From: Cenarchaeum sp.
Lineage (GTDB): Archaea > Thermoproteota > Nitrososphaeria > Nitrososphaerales > Nitrosopumilaceae
Direction: 5' to 3'
DNA: 64,000 nucleotides
Assembly: GCA_965242695.1 (NCBI GenBank)
Contig: CBDESU010000001.1
Span: 2,048,001 to 2,112,000, forward strand
A program made the translations under genes and the position numbers. The stretch's first letter is position 1; the number at the start of each line of letters is the position of its first letter. The notes beneath the pieces are model-generated. The model ran no database searches. It saw only the letters and a list, made by a program, of their open reading frames with translations, and was not told the DNA's origin. Positions 58,793-64,000 of this stretch are shown here, in pieces.

Positions 58793-59995
58793 ATGCACAT
58801 ACAAAGCAGCATCATGCTTGTTGCCTTGGCGGCCGTTGTCGCGGCCACTGCCTATGCGGCGCCAGCCGCGTATGCGCAGGCCACGGCAGAGGTCAGCAAC
58901 GCGCCGGGCTCGTCAGTGCCTGGGTGCGAAGAGGACAACGAGTGCTTCATGCCGGCCAACGCCATGGTCGACGCGGGCGGCACCGTAACGTGGAGCAACG
59001 ACGACACGGCAGCCCACACGGTGACCAGCGGGTCGGCCGAGGGCGGCGGGCCGGACGGCACGTTCGACAGCAGCCTTCTCATGCCGGGCACCACATTCTC
59101 ATACACGTTCGAAGAAGCCGGCGAGTACCCGTACTATTGCATAGTTCACCCGTGGATGGCCGGAATGGTGACCGTATCTGCGGCCGGCGACGGCGGTGGA
59201 GACGGCAGCGACGGCGACGGTGGAGACGGCGACATGGCCGGGCAGGGCGGAGGGACGACAGTCCTGAGCGATGAAACCGAGATCAAGGTCCTGACGACCC
59301 ACCCGGAGGCGGGCGGCCGGATGGGCATCATTGTCGAGGTCGTCAACTCTGAGCACATAAACTACGACATCAAGGCGTTCCAGAACGGCGCACTCGTCCT
59401 CGAGGACCTTGACGCGCACGACCACGACGGCGTCAACGAGCACGAGACGGCCCCGCTAGAGTCGGCCGATCCCGTCACCATAGTCTTCACCTTCCAGGGG
59501 TACGGCATGGGCGAAATGACAGGTCCCATCGGCGAGACGTACACGCTCAGCAGCGACTCGACGGCCAGCACGGCCACGGGCATGCTCTCCGACGGTACGG
59601 TCGTCGAGCTTGTGGCAAGCGACCCGATCGAGGGCCACAGGATGGGCATCGCGCTCCAGATAGGCGGCAACGCGGAGATCACGTACGACATTTTGGCGAC
59701 GCAGGGCGACACGGTCGTCCTCGACGAGAAGATGGCGCACGACCACGACGGCCTCGCAAACCACGAGACCGACGTCCTCGCATCCTCCGATCCAGTCGAC
59801 ATTGCCATAACGTTCCAGGGATACGACGACCACAGCGGCGAGATAACGGGAACCGAGCTGATCGGCGAGCAGGTGGTATTCACCAACATCGTGCCAGAGT
59901 TCGGCACGGTCGCGGCCATGATACTGGCCGTGGCGATCGTCTCGATCATTGCGGTCACCGCAAGATCGCGCATCAGCCTGGCCCCAAGGATCTAG
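58793..59995 (+). CDS. Cupredoxin-domain protein with PEFG-CTERM sorting signal
   Basis: Signal peptide; HTVTSG...YYCIVHPWM; C-terminal VPEFG plus TM segment. Confidence 0.9.
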   Translation: MHIQSSIMLVALAAVVAATAYAAPAAYAQATAEVSNAPGSSVPGCEEDNECFMPANAMVDAGGTVTWSNDDTAAHTVTSGSAEGGGPDGTFDSSLLMPGTTFSYTFEEAGEYPYYCIVHPWMAGMVTVSAAGDGGGDGSDGDGGDGDMAGQGGGTTVLSDETEIKVLTTHPEAGGRMGIIVEVVNSEHINYDIKAFQNGALVLEDLDAHDHDGVNEHETAPLESADPVTIVFTFQGYGMGEMTGPIGETYTLSSDSTASTATGMLSDGTVVELVASDPIEGHRMGIALQIGGNAEITYDILATQGDTVVLDEKMAHDHDGLANHETDVLASSDPVDIAITFQGYDDHSGEITGTELIGEQVVFTNIVPEFGTVAAMILAVAIVSIIAVTARSRISLAPRI

Positions 59996-60177
59996 CCACC
60001 ACCTTTCTGTTTTTGATCGGGCCGGAGGGCGGCCGCGGCCCGCCCCGGCGCCCCCCCCCCCACACCTCGCGCGCGCAGTAGAGGGGCGGCCCACGCGGGG
60101 CCGCGGTGCGCCCGCGGCGGGGGCCGGGCCGGCCTCCGCGCGCAAGCGTATTATCCGGGGCGCCGCGCGCCGGGCGC

Positions 60178-60546
60178 ATGAAGGACATAGAGCTGTCCCT
60201 GTCTAGCGCCGAGTTCGGCCAGGGCGAGGTCGTGCGCGGGACGGCCAGGGTGTCCTACGGGGGCAGGTTCGACGGCGTCGTGGTCAACACGCAGATACTC
60301 GACTCGAACGATCTCGTCGTGTACAGGTCGTGCGGCGGCAGGGAGATCGAAAAGAGGACCTCGCGCCTGTTCATACCGAGGGACGCCATGTCGGACGGGG
60401 GCAGCGTGGCCGAGTTTTCCGCATCGGCAGAGTCGGCCGACGGGGGCGGCCGCGAGGTAAAGTTCCGCGCATCCATAATAGAGCAGCACAAGGAGGTCGA
60501 GAGCGACGTCGTGTTCGCCAGGCTGGCGGCGGCGGGGCCTCCCTAG
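60178..60546 (+). CDS. Hypothetical protein
   Basis: Coding-like composition; RFDGVVVNTQI...KFRASIIEQHKE. Confidence 0.7.
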   Translation: MKDIELSLSSAEFGQGEVVRGTARVSYGGRFDGVVVNTQILDSNDLVVYRSCGGREIEKRTSRLFIPRDAMSDGGSVAEFSASAESADGGGREVKFRASIIEQHKEVESDVVFARLAAAGPP

Positions 60547-60607
60547 GCCCGCGGGCACAGGCCGGCGCCCTCCCCCCTCCCATCTCCCGCGCGCCGGGGC
60601 CGCCCGC

Positions 60608-61777
60608 TCAGCCAAGGCCCTCCGGCCTAGAGGCCAGGCAGGGCCCGAGCAGCGGCAGCGCAAAGCCGTAGCGGCCGCGGCCGCTCCTGCGCACGAGGCC
60701 CTTGGCCTCCAGCCGCCTCAGGCGCGACAAAAGCGCCCCCCTGCTGCACCCCGCACCCCTCAGGATCGACGAGAATGCCGCGTCCGCCCCCGGCATCGCC
60801 GACATGAGGCGGAGCGTCCCCCCTTCAAGGGGGCCCAGCTCGGCCATCCGCTGGTCGAAAAAGCCGCGGCAAAGCTCCCGGATCAGCCCCTCCCTTATGG
60901 ACATGTACTCGCCCAGCCCGATCGTCTTCCCGTCGAACCGCTCCAAGACCTCGCCCGCAAGCAGCTGTATGAAGTAGGGATGCCCGCCCGCATCCCCTGC
61001 GATGACATCCACCAGGCTCGGCGAAAAGCCGCGGCCGACGCCCGCCAGGGGCCGCGCGATCGCGAGCCTCCCGTCCTCCCTGGAGAGGTTGGACAGCCCC
61101 ATCGGTTCGAGCGACAGCCCCCCGCGCGATGCGACCGCCCCGGCGCTCTTCAGCAGCCCCGGCAGCCCGGACAGGACGGCGCAGTACCGGCACCCCCGCC
61201 TCCGGGCCTCGCCGACGGCGCCGAGAAAGTCGGCGAGCACGTGCCAGCCGTTCCTTTTTACGTCGCGGATCGTATGGAATTCGTCGAAAAGAAACACGAC
61301 GCCCCTGTACCCCAGCCGGTCTATGGCCCTCCAGCCGCTCGCAAGGCATCCGGCCAGGCGGTCCGCCGGCGGCGCGCGGTGATCGGGGCCCGAGGCGCCC
61401 GCAGCCGGAGGCCCGAGGCTCCTCCCCGCCGTGCGGGGCCCGCCCGCGGCCGGCCCCGCCCCGGCGTGCGGCTCGAGGGCGCTGCGCATGGCGTACTCGA
61501 GGCCCGCCGCAAACACGTCGGGGTCCGAGTCCCTGGCGCTGTACTGGTACCGCGCCAGGGCCAAGAACCCCCTGTCGCGGCAGGCGCGGGCAAACCTGCC
61601 TAGCAGGACGGTCTTGCCCACCCCGCGCAGCCCGTACAGGACGATGTCGGCGGCCCCGCCGCCGCCTTCGGCGCGCCGCAGCATGCCGTCGAACGCGCGC
61701 AGCTCCCCCTCCCTCCCCGCCAGGTACGGCGGGTCGAGCCCCGCCCCGGGCGCGAACGGGTTGCCTCCGCCTTCCAT
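60608..61777 (-). CDS. AAA_16-type ATPase with C-terminal wHTH
   Basis: NPFAPGAG..PPYLAGR, GLRGVGKT, FDEFH, GHPYFIQ. Confidence 0.85.
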   Translation of the reverse strand: MEGGGNPFAPGAGLDPPYLAGREGELRAFDGMLRRAEGGGGAADIVLYGLRGVGKTVLLGRFARACRDRGFLALARYQYSARDSDPDVFAAGLEYAMRSALEPHAGAGPAAGGPRTAGRSLGPPAAGASGPDHRAPPADRLAGCLASGWRAIDRLGYRGVVFLFDEFHTIRDVKRNGWHVLADFLGAVGEARRRGCRYCAVLSGLPGLLKSAGAVASRGGLSLEPMGLSNLSREDGRLAIARPLAGVGRGFSPSLVDVIAGDAGGHPYFIQLLAGEVLERFDGKTIGLGEYMSIREGLIRELCRGFFDQRMAELGPLEGGTLRLMSAMPGADAAFSSILRGAGCSRGALLSRLRRLEAKGLVRRSGRGRYGFALPLLGPCLASRPEGLG

Positions 61778-61856
61778 GCAGGGGCGGGGCCGGCCCCGGC
61801 TAAAAGCATCCCGGCGCAGCCGCCCGGCGGAAGCGGACAGGGCCGGCGGGCCCGCC

Positions 61857-62324
61857 CTAGAACCTCTGCTTTGTAATCGACAGCGTGCCCGTCATCCACG
61901 GGTGCGGTATGCAGTTGTACTTGATCTCGGCAGGCTCCGTAAACAGGAACTCGTACGACTCGCCGGGCATGACGACCCCGTCCGAGCCGAACTTGCCGCT
62001 GTACGGGTCGGCGTACGAGTGGTCGGGCGTCACCGTGTGCGCAACGTCGTCGATGTTGTTCCACACGACGATGTTGTCGATGCCGAGCTGTATGTCGACG
62101 ATCTTTGGGACAAAGTTCTCCTCCTGGCTGGGCAGGGCCGAGCCGATGATCATTTCGATCACCTTCTTCTCGCCCTCGGGGTGCAGTATGTGCTCGTCGA
62201 CGGACGGCTTTTCGAGCGACTCGGGCAGGTAGAACCCCTGGTAGAAGACGACGCCGGCTGCCACGCCGACTATCACCGTCATTATCCCTATGCCGTACGC
62301 GTTGGACGTGCGGGCCTCGCTCAC
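61857..62324 (-). CDS. Membrane-anchored cupredoxin (plastocyanin-like)
   Basis: N-terminal TM segment; HTVT...YNCIPHPWM. Confidence 0.9.
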   Translation of the reverse strand: MSEARTSNAYGIGIMTVIVGVAAGVVFYQGFYLPESLEKPSVDEHILHPEGEKKVIEMIIGSALPSQEENFVPKIVDIQLGIDNIVVWNNIDDVAHTVTPDHSYADPYSGKFGSDGVVMPGESYEFLFTEPAEIKYNCIPHPWMTGTLSITKQRF

Positions 62325-62398
62325 GGGGCGGCGGGGCAGGCCGGGCCTATAAAAGCTTCAAGCGGCGCATTCCCAGAGTCCCGCGGGGCGGGACGGCA

Positions 62399-63552
62399 TC
62401 AGGCCTGCGGCGCGGCCCCGCCCGGGCCGGCGGCGGCCGATGCCCCGCCCCGGGCCCCCACGCGCACGGCGGCCAACGCCGCGGCCCTGGCGGCCAGGGC
62501 CGACTTTTCGGCCGACCTCGAGGCCTTGCCGGCCATGCGGGCCGCGGCGTCGGCGGCCTTTCCGTCGCCTGTCGGCCCGTAAGAGGCCCCCGCTACGGCC
62601 AGTACCGCCTCTGCCGCCGAGCCGGCCATGCGGGCCGCCTGGGCCGACTTTTCGGCGGCCGCGCGCTTTTCGTCGTCCGCCTTTTGGGTGGTGCGCTCCT
62701 TTGCCACCGTCCGCACGGCGCGGGCAGCCGGCCGCGTCTGGCGGGCCGCCCTTGCGGCCCACACGGCGGCCGCCCTGGCCGTCGCCGCCGCCCTGGCCGC
62801 ATCGGCGGCCATTGCGGCGCGGGCCGCGCGGGCCGCCGCATCGGCCATGCGCGAGGCCTTGTCGGCCCCCTTGTCGGCGGCCCGCTCCGCCGCAGCGGCC
62901 GCGTTGTCGGCGGACGTCGACGACCTGTCGGCCGACCTTGCCGCATCGTCTGCCGCGGTAGCGGCCTTGACCGCCTCTTCCTCGGGGGCGCCGGGCGCTG
63001 CCTGCACCCCGAGCGACATGCGGGCGTCCCACCGCGCCGCGGCCCACGCGGCCGCCTCGGCGGCATCGGCCGCGGCGGCGGCCGCCTCGGCGGCCGCCTT
63101 GGCCGCCTTGGCGGCCCTTTCCGACAGGCCGGCCGCATCCGGGCCGCCCGTGCCGCCGTCCGGCGGCGCGCCAAGGGTGCGCGCCAGCCAGCGGGCCGCC
63201 TCTGCCGACGACTCGTGCGCAACGCGGGCCGCTCCTGCGGACTGCTCGGCGGCAAAGGCCTTTGACAGCGACCTGCCGGCATCGCCGGCTCGGGCGGCGC
63301 CTGCCGCGCCGCGGGACGCGCCGGCCGCCTCGTCGGCGATGCATGCGGTCCTGGCCACGTTGCAGGCCACGTCGGCAATGTCGGCGCGCTCGATGCCGGC
63401 TGCATCGGCATCGGTGCCCGGGCCGGCTGCGGCGTCGGCGCCGGGCGCGGCCGCGCGCAGGGCCTCGGCGGCGGCGCGCGCCTCCCCGGCCGCGGCGGCG
63501 GCCCTTCCGGCCGCCTCGTCGGCCGCATCGGCCGCGGCGCCAAGCTCGGCGG
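62399..63552 (-). CDS. Ala-rich helical hypothetical protein
   Basis: Long open frame with a minus-strand AT-rich promoter-like stretch near 63580-63593. Start uncertain. Confidence 0.5.
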
Positions 63553-63621
63553 ACAACGGCGGCCCCCCGCAGGGCGTGCTTAAGAATATTTTTCCGCGGG
63601 CCTGGGCGGCGGCCGGCCCCG

Positions 63622-64000
63622 TCAGTGCCTGTACCACGGGTCGTACCCGAGCCGCTCGAGCAGGTGGCCCCACGACTCGAACTCGGAGTCGTACGCCGAC
63701 AGGGGGAACCTCGCGCCGGCCTTTTTCATCTCTTGGCGCGTCGGCACCTGGCTGAGATCGCGGCGAATCCTCTCGATCTCGGCGATCAGGGACGCCTTGT
63801 TCGGCAGCTCCGACCTGGCCAGCTCGACGACCTCGCTCACGGGGGTGCCGAACTCGCTCTCAATGGTCTCGACGAGCTCTTCGGACAGCTCGGGCTCGTC
63901 TTCGCCCGATATGGCCAACGCCCTGCCCAGGTCCCTGAGCATGTGGGCGCGCCGCTTGTCAAAGTAGGTCAGGTCGGTCTCGAGGGGCGAAGGCTCCCGC
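63622..64000 (-). CDS. Partial protein with C-terminal homing-endonuclease-associated-like repeat
   Basis: PTRQEM...YDSEFESWGHLLERLGY; frame continues toward the window end. Confidence 0.55.
   Translation of the reverse strand, partial: REPSPLETDLTYFDKRRAHMLRDLGRALAISGEDEPELSEELVETIESEFGTPVSEVVELARSELPNKASLIAEIERIRRDLSQVPTRQEMKKAGARFPLSAYDSEFESWGHLLERLGYDPWYRH

Overview
Window from a GC-rich thaumarchaeal genome (Nitrosopumilaceae/Cenarchaeum-like, inferred from the gene set, cupredoxins and a PEFG-CTERM protein). Core genes: secE, D-aminoacyl-tRNA deacylase, MGMT, eL19/eL32/uL1/uL10/P1, egtB, pheST, mdh, larB, cbiA, translin, rpoN-eno-rps2-MEMO-mvk, tRNA-Leu(GAG), tRNA-Arg(TCT). Accessory DNA is interleaved: a PD-(D/E)xK two-gene module, three tandem paralogs, a pheS-egtB chimera, a DUF5678/aspartyl-protease pair, a 1917-aa surface protein, a GNAT toxin with three antitoxin-like genes, an AT-rich type III R-M island, a RelE pair, a DUF4011 helicase-nuclease and an AlbA_2 protein. 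The main candidate novel system involves the two DUF3800-like (RNase H-like) genes. Each is followed by a convergent, TATA-preceded, two-hairpin putative ncRNA of the same family. It is present once at the first locus and as a 3-copy array (about 343-bp period) at the second, with compensatory base changes. All family assignments come from motif recognition by eye; no searches were run.
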